Virus record (IMG/VR): IMGVR_UViG_3300044821_000052
Location: 1 to 55,891 of that record
Direction: 5' to 3' (one strand)
From: a virus
Lineage: Duplodnaviria > Caudoviricetes
Length of the DNA stretch: 55,891 nt
Positions 27,986 to 38,185 of the stretch are shown here, piece after piece. Position 1 is the first letter of the stretch. Every line of letters starts with the position of its first letter. The notes under the pieces were generated by a model. It saw only the letters and a program-made list of their open reading frames with translations, did not search any database and was not told the origin of the DNA. The position numbers were made by a program, and so were the translations under genes.

Positions 27986-29862
27986 GCTCGTCCTAGATTC
28001 GCTTGCATCAGTTTTGTCCATTCATGATCTAGGTCACCAGTTGAGACACCAGCGGAGATTAGTGTTGCACGATCTCGAGTGATCTCCTCAAGACGTGTCA
28101 TCTTGTCCATCAGACGCGGAATCTGCGCAGATGCTTCTATCGTGTTGTCAGTTACGACATCAATGATCGTGACAGAGTCATGCCGCTCACTTCCAATGCG
28201 GTGAATACGGTCTTCACCTTGGTAGTTGTCAATCAGCGACCATGATCGCTGCAAACACACCATCGTGTCTGCAGCTTGCATGTTTAACCCAGTGCCACCA
28301 GCTTTGAGCGTGAATAGCATGACCCTGTTGGTGCCATCTTGAAAACGTGCAAGTTGATGATCACGTTCGAACTGGGTAAGTCCGCCTACGATCATTGAAT
28401 GCTTGATACCTATCTTATCAAGGCGTGCTGACGCAAGCATGATGAGTTGGCGAGACTCAGCAGATACAGCAACTTGCCGTCCCTCTGGAAGTAGCTCTTC
28501 CAGGATAAGCATCAATTCATCGATCTTTGGTGATGGCTCACGCAGCCACACCTTCAGCTTCTCACGACCAAATTCGTCATATTCGCCAGTGTGCTCGATC
28601 TCGCAGTATGACGATGCAAGTTGGAGCAGCCGTATCTGCGCAACCAAGTCATTAGGTGCGACAAGAAGTGACCCATCATCCAGCTGGGTGAGAAGGCTGG
28701 ACTCAACTTCCTTGTATGCCTTCGCTTGCTTCGGTGACATTGACACAGTACGAATAACTCGAACTTTAGGCGGCAGTTGCGGAAGCACGAGTGCCTTTGG
28801 CATGCGACGATACCTCGGATCAAGAATTGAGAAGAACTCATCTCGACTTGCCGGATTGATCCCGACTACCGTGGAACCACCATCGTTAGTCCAGCCCATA
28901 AGGCAATAACGATCAACATACTGACCCTTAGATGGATATTCAGTTGGCGAAACGAAATGCATAATAGACCATAGGTCAGATGGGTCATTAGCGACTGGCG
29001 TTCCTGTTGCTGCCCAGCGGCGTTGCACCGAGTCTTGGTGGCTGACAGCCCATACTGCGCGGGTTTGTTTCGATGATGGATCCTTAATACGATGCGCTTC
29101 ATCGAGAATCACCGTTCTGAACGGAATGTCATTCAATTCCTTGTGGTGCACTTCACATCGTGAAGCACTCAACCCAGGGGCACCATGCTTCTTGTCACAG
29201 TCACGACAACGCGCAAGTCGCACTGAGCCATATGGTGCCAGTCGTGAATGCAGTCGCACTGCCTCGATATTGATGATGACAAGTGCATTTGGTGCGAGTG
29301 CTGCTGGCCCAGTCAGCAAGCGACGCTTGATTGCTGCGGATCCACCAATGACGACTGGCGTGACTTCAGGAAGCCAACGTGCTGCAGCTTCTGCCCACTG
29401 AGACTTGACGCCATTCGGGCAGATCACAAGCGCAGGAAATTGTTCATGTCTGAGCGCTCGCAGTAGTTGCACTGTCTTACCAGTGCCCATGTCATCACCC
29501 AGCAGTGCATTACCGGCGATATTGAGAAAGTCCACGCCAACATGCTGAAATGGGTACAGACCATCTAGATCTGCCGCTGGGTCAAGTGGCTCAGTCATCA
29601 TCCTGAGATTTAGCGCAGGCATAATCCGATCATTGCGATCGTTCCACGCCCAGGCTCGCAGTGCATCACCAATAACGAGACTTTTACCGAAGACACCACG
29701 CAAGATGCGACACGTTGCCCATGAGACCGGGAAGTGCCAAACACGAAGATCTGCATGCCAGCGCTTGCCTGGCACTGTCTTGATCAGTTCCTTCTCAGTC
29801 CATGCCGTTGCAACGGTTAGCCGCTGGGTGCCATCGACTGAAGAGATGTCAGCGTATGCCAT
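27982..29862 (-). CDS. SNF2-family helicase
   Basis: DDMGTGKT, ILDEAH, ATGTP, GGTGLN, QGEDRIHRIG. Confidence 0.92.
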   Translation of the reverse strand: MAYADISSVDGTQRLTVATAWTEKELIKTVPGKRWHADLRVWHFPVSWATCRILRGVFGKSLVIGDALRAWAWNDRNDRIMPALNLRMMTEPLDPAADLDGLYPFQHVGVDFLNIAGNALLGDDMGTGKTVQLLRALRHEQFPALVICPNGVKSQWAEAAARWLPEVTPVVIGGSAAIKRRLLTGPAALAPNALVIINIEAVRLHSRLAPYGSVRLARCRDCDKKHGAPGLSASRCEVHHKELNDIPFRTVILDEAHRIKDPSSKQTRAVWAVSHQDSVQRRWAATGTPVANDPSDLWSIMHFVSPTEYPSKGQYVDRYCLMGWTNDGGSTVVGINPASRDEFFSILDPRYRRMPKALVLPQLPPKVRVIRTVSMSPKQAKAYKEVESSLLTQLDDGSLLVAPNDLVAQIRLLQLASSYCEIEHTGEYDEFGREKLKVWLREPSPKIDELMLILEELLPEGRQVAVSAESRQLIMLASARLDKIGIKHSMIVGGLTQFERDHQLARFQDGTNRVMLFTLKAGGTGLNMQAADTMVCLQRSWSLIDNYQGEDRIHRIGSERHDSVTIIDVVTDNTIEASAQIPRLMDKMTRLEEITRDRATLISAGVSTGDLDHEWTKLMQANLGRA

Positions 29863-30052
29863 TAGCAGCAAATTCTTTAGCGACACGCGACAGGTTCTTG
29901 AGACGAACTGGCCAGTGGGGACGGCCACCTGGCTGGCGCGGATCGACATCCTGGTACTTAGTACCGTACCCAATACGTGCAGCTTCAGCGACGATCAATC
30001 CACGAATCAACGCACGATCTTTGTCACTTAGTACTACAACATGCACTTTCAT
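29849..30052 (-). CDS. Small hypothetical protein
   Basis: AAGGAG RBS, 67 aa. Confidence 0.6.
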   Translation of the reverse strand: MKVHVVVLSDKDRALIRGLIVAEAARIGYGTKYQDVDPRQPGGRPHWPVRLKNLSRVAKEFAANGIR

Positions 30053-30082
30053 GTCTCCTTTATCTCGTTTGTTTGACTAAGA

Positions 30083-30541
30083 CTATTCTACTACTCTCAA
30101 AAGTTCTGCGACGACGCTGGGTCGAAACGTCAGCAACGTCACAAGGACATGCCGTGCAGCATCGTTGGCATGTCCATGCTTTGGTGTATACAGACTGATT
30201 CGTCGCAATGTGTCATTCTTGAATCGTGCGGCTGTCGATGCTGATTGTATATCAACAGTGACCTTGTACTTTACACCAAGACTTTGCACACTGCCGATGA
30301 TCTGACTAGCTGCAGGTTGACGAGACTTCTTATGCGTGTTGGCTAAGATCGCATAACGTTGTATGCCAATGAATGTCTCATATCGGCTAAAATCACGTTG
30401 CTTGAGCAAGCCCTCAACAAATGGCTCAACATCAACCTGCTCAAGTTCATGTGTCTCGAATGATGTTGCAGTCCACACAGCAATGCCTGTCATCTTACCA
30501 GGATCAATACCAATGACACATAGGATCTTATGTTGCGTCAA
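30083..30541 (-). CDS. RuvC-like Holliday junction resolvase
   Basis: IGIDPGKMTG, HANDAARH; probable TTG start overlapping the end of the polymerase gene. Confidence 0.75.
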   Translation of the reverse strand: MTQHKILCVIGIDPGKMTGIAVWTATSFETHELEQVDVEPFVEGLLKQRDFSRYETFIGIQRYAILANTHKKSRQPAASQIIGSVQSLGVKYKVTVDIQSASTAARFKNDTLRRISLYTPKHGHANDAARHVLVTLLTFRPSVVAELLRVVE

Positions 30542-32348
30542 ACTTCCACTCTTCCTTTGCGCCCCAGCGCTGGCCGTATGACATGGACGCAGTAATCGGC
30601 ACGAGATATGTGGTGAGATCATTCATGACGCTGTGAATTGTCTGCACTGCAGCATCAAGATGCTCATTGGGTATATCAAGCACGATCTCATCATGCACAG
30701 GCATCATCATATACGGTCCTAGCCCAGCAGCATCAAGTTCAAGTAGCTTAGACTTGAAGATCTCAGCAGCAGAGCCCTGGATGAGATAATTGATCAATGC
30801 GTAGATCTTGTTGGTATCTGCAACGTGATGGCGACCAGTTACGGGGCTTGGAAAGTACGGAACACCCGTTTCTCGCTGGGCATTCCACGCGAATGATTCG
30901 ACCTGCTTAGTAAACCGCTTGGTTCCAGAATATAGTTGATTCCATCTGGCCTTGATGACAGATGCTTGCTCGGTGGGGATGCCTGCAGTTTCAGCGAACT
31001 TCGCAACACCTGCACCGTAGATTTCTGAGTAGCCGGCATTCTTGGTGATCTGACGGCGAGGGTCACCCTTAACAATACTTGAATCATCAAAGATTTGACG
31101 TGCAAGGTCAACAAAGAAGTCACCACCAGATGCATGTGCATTGTTGAATGCAGCGACCAACCCAGGGTCACGTGAAATGTGCGCAAGCAGACGCATTTCA
31201 ATCTGATCAAAATCACACATCAGCATGGTGTGCCCTGGCCGTGCAGTGATGCAGTTACGTACGACTTCCGCAGCCTTGTTCTTTTCACTCTTGCGTGGAA
31301 GCGTCTGAAACCCTGGGTCTGTGATGGTCATACGGCCTGTGCGAGTGCCCATAGGGTTAATGTTCGGATGGATCAGATGGTTGCTGTCATGCTCGTTCAG
31401 GAAGTGCTTAAGGTACGTGCTGGTCAGCTTCTGAAGCCGACGACGTTGCAACACAGTCTTTGCCAGTGGATGATCAATACCCTGCAGCACATCACTGTCA
31501 AGTGCAAGCTTGCCACCAGGAGTTTGCTTGCTGAAGTCATAACCTTCAGACTGCAAAATCTCAATAATGGCATCGTTCGACCCAGCGCGACACTGATAGT
31601 TTGTCTTGACCCATGCATCTGCATTCGCAATATATTCAAGGAACTGATTGTACTTCTCGGCAGTGTAGTCGACATCGACATGCGCGCCATATCGCATCAT
31701 GGCAAGCGTGACCCACTGGGTTGACAGTTCAAGCTCATATGACTTAGCAACACCCAGTGATTTGATCAATGGGGCATGGTGGTCATAGAGATGCACGGTC
31801 AACACTGGGTCAAGTGCACCATAGGTCCAGTATGGTTCAAAGTTGACGGGTACAGTGTCCCAACCCCAACCACCATGCTTAATTGCCTTATCAAGCGTGG
31901 TCATTCCTGCTGCAGCGTTCTCATCGATCCATCGTGAGCACTGATTCTTCAATGCCTTAGACACGTTCGGTTCAAGAACGTGACTCATTGTCATTGTGTC
32001 ATGAATGAGATGGATCGGAACTATGACGCCAGCTGCCGCAAGTTTGGGTTGGTCAAATGGTGCATTGTGGAAGACAAATGTGTTGCCATCAGTATCAGAC
32101 CAGTTGTTGGTGATCTGCTTGCACAAACCACGCCAGTCCTCGAATGGAATGGCCCAACCATGCTCATGTCCGCCTACCTGAAATAGACGAATCTTAGCAT
32201 CATGTTCCAACCCAGTGGTTTCAGTGTCAATGCCCATGACACCTTCGAGATCACGTGACCCCATCCATCTCATCAGGTCGCATGCTGCATCGAAGTTGTC
32301 GACCAGATGAAGTTGAAGGGAGTCAGGCAATCCACTACGCTGGGTCAT
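30528..32348 (-). CDS. Family A DNA polymerase with 3'-5' exonuclease
   Basis: DTETTGL, HNAPFD, DFDQIEMR, RQITKNAGYSEIYG, NYLIQG, PVHDE. Confidence 0.95.
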   Translation of the reverse strand: MTQRSGLPDSLQLHLVDNFDAACDLMRWMGSRDLEGVMGIDTETTGLEHDAKIRLFQVGGHEHGWAIPFEDWRGLCKQITNNWSDTDGNTFVFHNAPFDQPKLAAAGVIVPIHLIHDTMTMSHVLEPNVSKALKNQCSRWIDENAAAGMTTLDKAIKHGGWGWDTVPVNFEPYWTYGALDPVLTVHLYDHHAPLIKSLGVAKSYELELSTQWVTLAMMRYGAHVDVDYTAEKYNQFLEYIANADAWVKTNYQCRAGSNDAIIEILQSEGYDFSKQTPGGKLALDSDVLQGIDHPLAKTVLQRRRLQKLTSTYLKHFLNEHDSNHLIHPNINPMGTRTGRMTITDPGFQTLPRKSEKNKAAEVVRNCITARPGHTMLMCDFDQIEMRLLAHISRDPGLVAAFNNAHASGGDFFVDLARQIFDDSSIVKGDPRRQITKNAGYSEIYGAGVAKFAETAGIPTEQASVIKARWNQLYSGTKRFTKQVESFAWNAQRETGVPYFPSPVTGRHHVADTNKIYALINYLIQGSAAEIFKSKLLELDAAGLGPYMMMPVHDEIVLDIPNEHLDAAVQTIHSVMNDLTTYLVPITASMSYGQRWGAKEEWKFDAT

Positions 32349-32778
32349 ATGGTACTATGTCCTTCACTATGAGACACTCGATGCCTGCTGCTTGCAAGAC
32401 GGAAAGACCTTCGCTGTTCTGATATGCCGTCGCCGCCACAACATGGTTGATGCCGGCTGTAACGATAAGCATCGCACATACCCTGCACGGAACCATGGTC
32501 GAGTAAAGTACCGAATTTTCGATTGCCACCCCTCGACGTGCAGCCGATACAAGGGCGTTCTGCTCGGCATGTACGGTGCGAAAACAGTGGCCACGGACCA
32601 TCTGGTGGCCCACGACGTCACAGTGCGGAAACCCGGGCGGCGATCCGACATACCCCGTCGCAAGTATCTGGCGGTCGAGAACAAGAATCGCACCTGAGCG
32701 ACCACGATTGCAGGTGGCCCGCTGGGCGACGGCATCCAGCATCTGAATGAAGTATTCATCCCATGTCACCCGTGTCAT
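32335..32778 (-). CDS. dCMP deaminase family
   Basis: RATC.R..GA, HAEQNA, PCRVC. Confidence 0.92.
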   Translation of the reverse strand: MTRVTWDEYFIQMLDAVAQRATCNRGRSGAILVLDRQILATGYVGSPPGFPHCDVVGHQMVRGHCFRTVHAEQNALVSAARRGVAIENSVLYSTMVPCRVCAMLIVTAGINHVVAATAYQNSEGLSVLQAAGIECLIVKDIVPYDPA

Positions 32779-33629
32779 CTGCGCTCATCTCTGAACGGTG
32801 CAAGTTCGTTGAAGTACCACTGTGCACCGACGTATCCCAGTCGCAGATCATCGCATGTCTGATCATAAACAATGTCATGCGCACGCAGTCGCATCTCTGA
32901 CACGAGGTCACCAGGTCGTGCCAGACCTTTCGGCTGGTCTGGTGCGCCCTTTGGCGCACGAAGTTGCGTCAATAGCGATTCGTGCTGCGCATAGAGATGG
33001 AATGACCATGCCGTGTGCCGGTACTTCCCAGTCTTCACACCTAGGATTGTTGCCACGGTATGCTGCAACTGGGTGAACTGGAAGATATCATACGGTGTAC
33101 CCAGCCACACATCGTTCGACCGCATTAAGGTATTCAGTTCCAGAACTGGCTGGCCTTGGTTTACCAGTCGGAATCCCAGTGAAACGGTGCAGGGATAGTC
33201 CCGCTTTGCACCTAGTGCAGAATCCTTCTTCGGATCCCACAACGTGATGACTGCTTGCCGTGTATCTGGGTCACGACGTAACTTGTTGACGACATCGTTC
33301 AACTGATCGCCGATGCGATCACCATAGGCGCCATGGAAGGTTCCGTCGTCCTCCTGGAACGCTCTGAATGCGTCACTGGACCAGACCGTCAGGGCAGGAT
33401 CTCCGAAGCCTCCGATAAGCTGGATGGCTTCTGCTGCGGCGATATGCGAGTTGACTCGACGTCCGCATCCGATAGGTAGAGCGTTATCCGCGGATTTGAA
33501 TACGAGAGTGGTCGGACCAAGGTCCCACGTAGTCTGACCACGAGGAGCACACTGCTGTCCTCTGTCTCGCACAAGTTGCGGCAGCTTCCAGTAATCTTCA
33601 AACCCAGTCCGTAGTTGGATGATCTCCAC
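32775..33629 (-). CDS. Thymidylate-synthase-superfamily enzyme (pyrimidine hydroxymethylase/methylase-like)
   Basis: DTRQA, DYPCT, MRSNDVWLGTPYD, HTAWSFHLY. Confidence 0.88.
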   Translation of the reverse strand: MEIIQLRTGFEDYWKLPQLVRDRGQQCAPRGQTTWDLGPTTLVFKSADNALPIGCGRRVNSHIAAAEAIQLIGGFGDPALTVWSSDAFRAFQEDDGTFHGAYGDRIGDQLNDVVNKLRRDPDTRQAVITLWDPKKDSALGAKRDYPCTVSLGFRLVNQGQPVLELNTLMRSNDVWLGTPYDIFQFTQLQHTVATILGVKTGKYRHTAWSFHLYAQHESLLTQLRAPKGAPDQPKGLARPGDLVSEMRLRAHDIVYDQTCDDLRLGYVGAQWYFNELAPFRDERR

Positions 33630-34180
33630 TAGTCGTGGTCACTCCCCATCGTGCGTCCAATTTCATGCCTACGCGCAATTCGTATGATATTCATGATGTC
33701 AAAGTCATCAACTTGCTTGCTATACCGCAGTACTGGAAGCATCGACTGCCTGATAACAAAGTCGTACCCAGCGATGATCTCACGCAATTGATGTGGTGCA
33801 ATGAGATCATCACCACGTGCTGTCAATCGCGCAATGAGAAGTGGAAGTGGTGGTTCCATATAGATGACAATGGCACCCAGGTTGCATAGGAATGTCTCAA
33901 TGTGCTGAGACACTGCATGTGACCAGCGAGTGTGTCTGCCCAGCACGTTTGGATACACCGCTTCTCCGAGGTGCCAGCGATCACAAATGACAGTCCGCTG
34001 GGTGCCTGGCTGATAGTCTTGAAGTGGTGTTTCATACTCGTCAAATGGATGCTTCGTTGGTGGCCCTGCATGTAGAATGTCAAGCTTCTCATCCGGTGAA
34101 TGCGCTAGAACTGCATCCATAAGACGTTTCACCAGTGTTGACTTGCCAGCGCCGTCAGGTCCTTCGACGATGATGAGCAT
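33629..34180 (-). CDS. dNMP kinase (thymidylate-kinase-like)
   Basis: IIVEGPDGAGKST, DRWHLGE.VY, RGDD. Confidence 0.85.
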   Translation of the reverse strand: MLIIVEGPDGAGKSTLVKRLMDAVLAHSPDEKLDILHAGPPTKHPFDEYETPLQDYQPGTQRTVICDRWHLGEAVYPNVLGRHTRWSHAVSQHIETFLCNLGAIVIYMEPPLPLLIARLTARGDDLIAPHQLREIIAGYDFVIRQSMLPVLRYSKQVDDFDIMNIIRIARRHEIGRTMGSDHD

Positions 34181-34223
34181 CTATATTTATCCTCTCCTAT
34201 TCTCATTTTCTCAGTTGATCCTA

Positions 34224-34469
34224 TCACCGATATGTGATGTACCTATGTGCAGTATATCGAGCCACGTCTCCACGAGCGTAAATGATTGGAGCGTAATGCT
34301 GTGCACGGTATGACTCACGTGCTTGTATGACTGGACGTTGAGGGCGATGGATGCCTTGATATTTCACATATTTCTTAGGTATCGGTTGCGCGAGTAGCAC
34401 AAGCATCGTGACGATGACAAGGACACACCAACCGATATAGACACTGGTACCAATGTTGATGTGATTCAT
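34224..34469 (-). CDS. Small membrane protein
   Basis: One TM helix, basic tail, GGAG RBS. Confidence 0.55.
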   Translation of the reverse strand: MNHINIGTSVYIGWCVLVIVTMLVLLAQPIPKKYVKYQGIHRPQRPVIQARESYRAQHYAPIIYARGDVARYTAHRYITYR

Positions 34470-34494
34470 CTCGTTATCTCCATTTAGGTTAACG

Positions 34495-34862
34495 CGAGCG
34501 GGCCGCGACGCCGATGTCTACGACCCGCTCGGTTCTGATTTCACTATACGCTATCAGTACTTCACAAGGTTGACATACCGAGGCAAATACTAAACGCAAC
34601 CGGAACGAAGTTCGACTTAGCCCCAGCTGTACGAACCATGGGTCATAAACCCATTGCTGCGCCCAGTACAGCCGGGGCCAAGCGCCCGCTACGTTACTCT
34701 GCAGTTTTTACGGTCATATGAGAAGGGCGAGTCGAACATCGGGACCGAACCGAGTTTAACGTCATCTTGGGACGGCAGGCCTGATGGTGTAGGCTAGGGG
34801 CCATGTGCATCAGGCGTGCGACTAAGCTGGATCAACTTACCCAGGTGTCTGGGGTATCACTG
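34495..34862 (-). ncRNA. Candidate large structured RNA / 5' leader of unknown class
   Basis: At least 8 stems in ~370 nt with no ORF >=60 aa; A-C mismatches become G-U pairs on the minus strand; own promoter. Confidence 0.6.
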
Positions 34863-34869
34863 CTCAATT

Positions 34870-34899
34870 ACTATACCAGGTGGCCAACACACTGTGTTG
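34870..34899 (-). promoter_or_regulatory. Extended -10 promoter with palindromic operator-like site
   Basis: Minus strand TGG-TATAGT (34878-34870); CAACACA-c-TGTGTTG (34885-34899). Confidence 0.55.
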
Positions 34900-34937
34900 A
34901 CGTGTGCTAGTACCATTTCGTTGTCGGAATTATTCGC

Positions 34938-35420
34938 TTATGCTGTGTCGAGTAACATTTCGTTCACAGGATTACTAATCCATTGATCGAACACAAGCTG
35001 AAATTTCTCGTCATTGTCTGCTGCGTCATCAAGCGCATCTTGTGCTGGGCGTGTGATGAATGATTCGCACAATTCACCACGATCAAACTTGCGCACAATC
35101 AGTGCACTGATGACAGATGCTGCATCATCAGTACGAACCAACCGTACTTTCTGCATCTCACCCGGCACATTGGAAAGACCAGCTGTGTGCACAATGTAAG
35201 CGCCCAGTCGCTCTTCATTATGATGTGTTAGTCTAATGATCTTCACCTCAGACCACCGACATGCCTTGCATTTCTGCCCAGGCGCCGCCACGTCATTGAT
35301 GTGGCTGTGCAGATTGCTACGACTGGATCCTTGACCCAGCAGCAAGCCGTGCACAGTGACTGGGCCTTCTCGCGTCATCAGCACCATGTCCCGAGCGTGT
35401 GTCAACGCTGTCTCTGACAT
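34938..35420 (-). CDS. Hypothetical protein (H.H..CKACRW motif)
   Basis: GGAGG RBS before MSETAL. Confidence 0.65.
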   Translation of the reverse strand: MSETALTHARDMVLMTREGPVTVHGLLLGQGSSRSNLHSHINDVAAPGQKCKACRWSEVKIIRLTHHNEERLGAYIVHTAGLSNVPGEMQKVRLVRTDDAASVISALIVRKFDRGELCESFITRPAQDALDDAADNDEKFQLVFDQWISNPVNEMLLDTA

Positions 35421-35629
35421 GCGTTCCTCCAAAATCTCGTTTTTCTCATATGTAAGATTCGTTTAATAATACCATGTTGCGTTTCCACTGGCGTGGGATC
35501 CATTTACGTGACTATGTATAATTAAGTTCTCTGCACGTCAATTGGCACATCAATTGGTACATACTGTAACATTTGGACACTGATTGTTACTTGACTGTTA
35601 CAAGATGTGAGATTAATGAGAGGAAACAT

Positions 35630-38131
35630 ATGCCAAATGACGTTCGTTTTGATGTAGCGAAGGATTACATCGAACGTGGTTGGAAGGTGATGCTTCTTGC
35701 TACAGATCGCACTGGCGGCAAGATTCCACCTAAGAATTGTGCACGTTGTAACTTTCGCCAAGGTGCTGAGCGGCATGACATGGAGGCATGTGATTGCTTA
35801 TTGTGTCATGGCTTCCATATGGCAACAGGTGATCTTGACCGCTTCGTACTGATGCTTGCAGCACTGCCACATGGTTCACTTGCTATTCGGACTGGTCAAG
35901 CATCACGCATCTTGGTCATTGATGCTGAGGCACATGGCGACGGTGACGGTGACACTGGTATTGATGTTATCACAGCTTGGGAGGCACACACCCAGCTGAG
36001 CACTGGACTGCCTGAGACATTGCGTGCGCGATCAGTATCTGGTGGATTGCATCTCTATTATGCGCTCCCGCCAAACGTCTACATTACGAGTGGACGAATC
36101 CTGCCGTTTGTTGATGTCAAAGCAGAGTTGGGATATGTCGGCGCGCCAGGTGTTGGTACGCGTGAGTGGTTGAACCCAGGCACTCCAGTTGCAGAACTAC
36201 CAAATGAGATTATTAAGTGGTTGACACGAGGGAAGCGACAAGGATACCGCGGACGTGGTGCTGGTACTGGTGCTGTTGGCGTTGGTGGTAGTGGTGCCAG
36301 TGGGATGTCGCGTCCTGAGGGTTATGACTTTGAGTTGTTCTCACGTGATGGTGCGCCTCGAGGATATCGCGATTACTTCATCAATGACGCGATTTTTCGT
36401 CTTCGCAAGCGAGGTGTGACTGGTCCTGCATTGGAAGAGCAGGCGTTTGAGCATTGGACGCGATTTGACCAGTCAGATGGCGAATTCCCTTGGGAAGACG
36501 TCAAATACAAAGTTGATCGCGTTGAACATGAGGTCATACCAGACGTTGATGCTGCGGAGACGTCAGGATACAGCTCCTGGATTGCGCGCCTAGGTAAACC
36601 TACTAAAAAGGGGTTTTCGGAGCCCAGCGGAGGAATGGGAGCGCCAGAACGGCCCGCTGGGCTGGGATCCGGGCCTGCGTTTGCTAACCAGCCGCCGGCG
36701 TTCGAGGTTGAGCTCACGCCGACTGGTAATGCACATCGATTCGTGAATTTGTTTCGTGAATCAACGCTGTACGTCCCAGGACTTGGTTGGCATGTCTGGC
36801 GTGGGAATGTGTGGCAGTACGACGAATTGAATGATGTCTTGGACATGACACATGAAGTGCTATTGCAACTTCGTCAAGAACAAGCGATGTTCGAGGCATC
36901 AGACGATGACCAAGCAGATCGTATTCGTGCTTGGTATGTCGCTTCATCAAGTGCTGGTGCACGGCAATCAATGTTGGAGCTCGCGGCATCTGACCCTCGT
37001 GTCAAAGTTTCAGCGAATGCACTGGACGCAGATCCGTGGACGTTAGTCGTCAAAAATGGAACAATTGATCTGCGCACGCGCAAGCACCGTGTGTCGGAGC
37101 CATCGGATTTCAACACGCGAGTTGCCAATGTGCTATATGACCCAGCGGCTGAATGCCCTCGCTGGCTGGAGCACATGAAGTTGGTATCTCAGTCAGCAAC
37201 TGGTGAGATTGACTGGTCCTGGATCGCGTTCGTGCAGCGTTGGATGGGTTACACGCTGACTGGGATTGTTGACGCGCAGAAGTTCTTCTTTGGTTTCGGC
37301 GGTGGCAACAATGGCAAGAATGTCATGATCGAAACATTGTTGGAGATCATGGGTGAGTACGGCATTCGTGGATCATCGAAGTTGTTGCAAGGCTCGGGGC
37401 AAGAACATGAAACGGTTATTGCAGACCTTGCTGGAATTCGTATGGCCTTCATCGACGAAACACCCAGTGGTCGGATCAATGAGTCTCGAGTGAAAGAGTT
37501 GACAGGATCATCTAAGGTTCGAGCACGAAAAATTGCGAAAGATTCATTTGAGTTCTCAATGCAGGCCAAGTTGTGGATTGCTGGTAATAACAAGCCGCGG
37601 GTGTCTGACTCATCAGATGGGTTCTGGCGTCGGTTAGACCTTGTGCCATTTGATGCAGTCATCCCAACAGATCAACGGATCACTAACTACATGCAGGTGT
37701 TGTTGGAAGAATCTTCAGGCATTTTGAATTGGTGTCTTGAAGGTCTGGCTGGGTATCTGGAGTTGGGTGGTCTTGGGTCACCACAACGTGTCGTCGATAT
37801 GGGTCAGACATATCGAGAAGATGAGAATGTCTTGGAATTGTTCCTAGCAGACACTTTCGCAACTGATGGTTCAACCCAGTGGTTGCCGAATAGCGTGATT
37901 CATGGAATGTATACGGAGTGGTGTGAGTCACAAGGTGTTAAAGAGATTCGATCAATGATTTCACTTGGTATGGACTTTCAACGTGCTGGATTAGTACGTG
38001 ATCCAGTAACACGTCGAATTAGATGGGTTTGGCAGGGCAAGACTCAAGTAGTACGTGGATGGATTTGCCCAGGGTTATTGAATAACATTTCTGAAATGCT
38101 TCGGTTTGAACGAACTGATGGTGGTAAATAA
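35630..38131 (+). CDS. Prim-pol primase fused to D5/P4-type SF3 helicase
   Basis: LVIDAE, SGGLHLYY; GGGNNGKN, FIDE, GNNKP, GFWRR. Confidence 0.92.
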   Translation: MPNDVRFDVAKDYIERGWKVMLLATDRTGGKIPPKNCARCNFRQGAERHDMEACDCLLCHGFHMATGDLDRFVLMLAALPHGSLAIRTGQASRILVIDAEAHGDGDGDTGIDVITAWEAHTQLSTGLPETLRARSVSGGLHLYYALPPNVYITSGRILPFVDVKAELGYVGAPGVGTREWLNPGTPVAELPNEIIKWLTRGKRQGYRGRGAGTGAVGVGGSGASGMSRPEGYDFELFSRDGAPRGYRDYFINDAIFRLRKRGVTGPALEEQAFEHWTRFDQSDGEFPWEDVKYKVDRVEHEVIPDVDAAETSGYSSWIARLGKPTKKGFSEPSGGMGAPERPAGLGSGPAFANQPPAFEVELTPTGNAHRFVNLFRESTLYVPGLGWHVWRGNVWQYDELNDVLDMTHEVLLQLRQEQAMFEASDDDQADRIRAWYVASSSAGARQSMLELAASDPRVKVSANALDADPWTLVVKNGTIDLRTRKHRVSEPSDFNTRVANVLYDPAAECPRWLEHMKLVSQSATGEIDWSWIAFVQRWMGYTLTGIVDAQKFFFGFGGGNNGKNVMIETLLEIMGEYGIRGSSKLLQGSGQEHETVIADLAGIRMAFIDETPSGRINESRVKELTGSSKVRARKIAKDSFEFSMQAKLWIAGNNKPRVSDSSDGFWRRLDLVPFDAVIPTDQRITNYMQVLLEESSGILNWCLEGLAGYLELGGLGSPQRVVDMGQTYREDENVLELFLADTFATDGSTQWLPNSVIHGMYTEWCESQGVKEIRSMISLGMDFQRAGLVRDPVTRRIRWVWQGKTQVVRGWICPGLLNNISEMLRFERTDGGK

Positions 38132-38185
38132 CTTGTGAGTTGTTGGTTGCACAGTGCATTATAACAGCTAGATATAGATGAGAAT

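Noticed and set aside
34495-34862. tmRNA, RNase P RNA, tRNA, pistol ribozyme, cobalamin or c-di-AMP riboswitch
   Set aside because: Signature sequences absent; GTTCGACT is part of a long stem rather than a T-loop; the pistol-like CGTC/GACG-TTAAA hairpin lacks the distal loop complement
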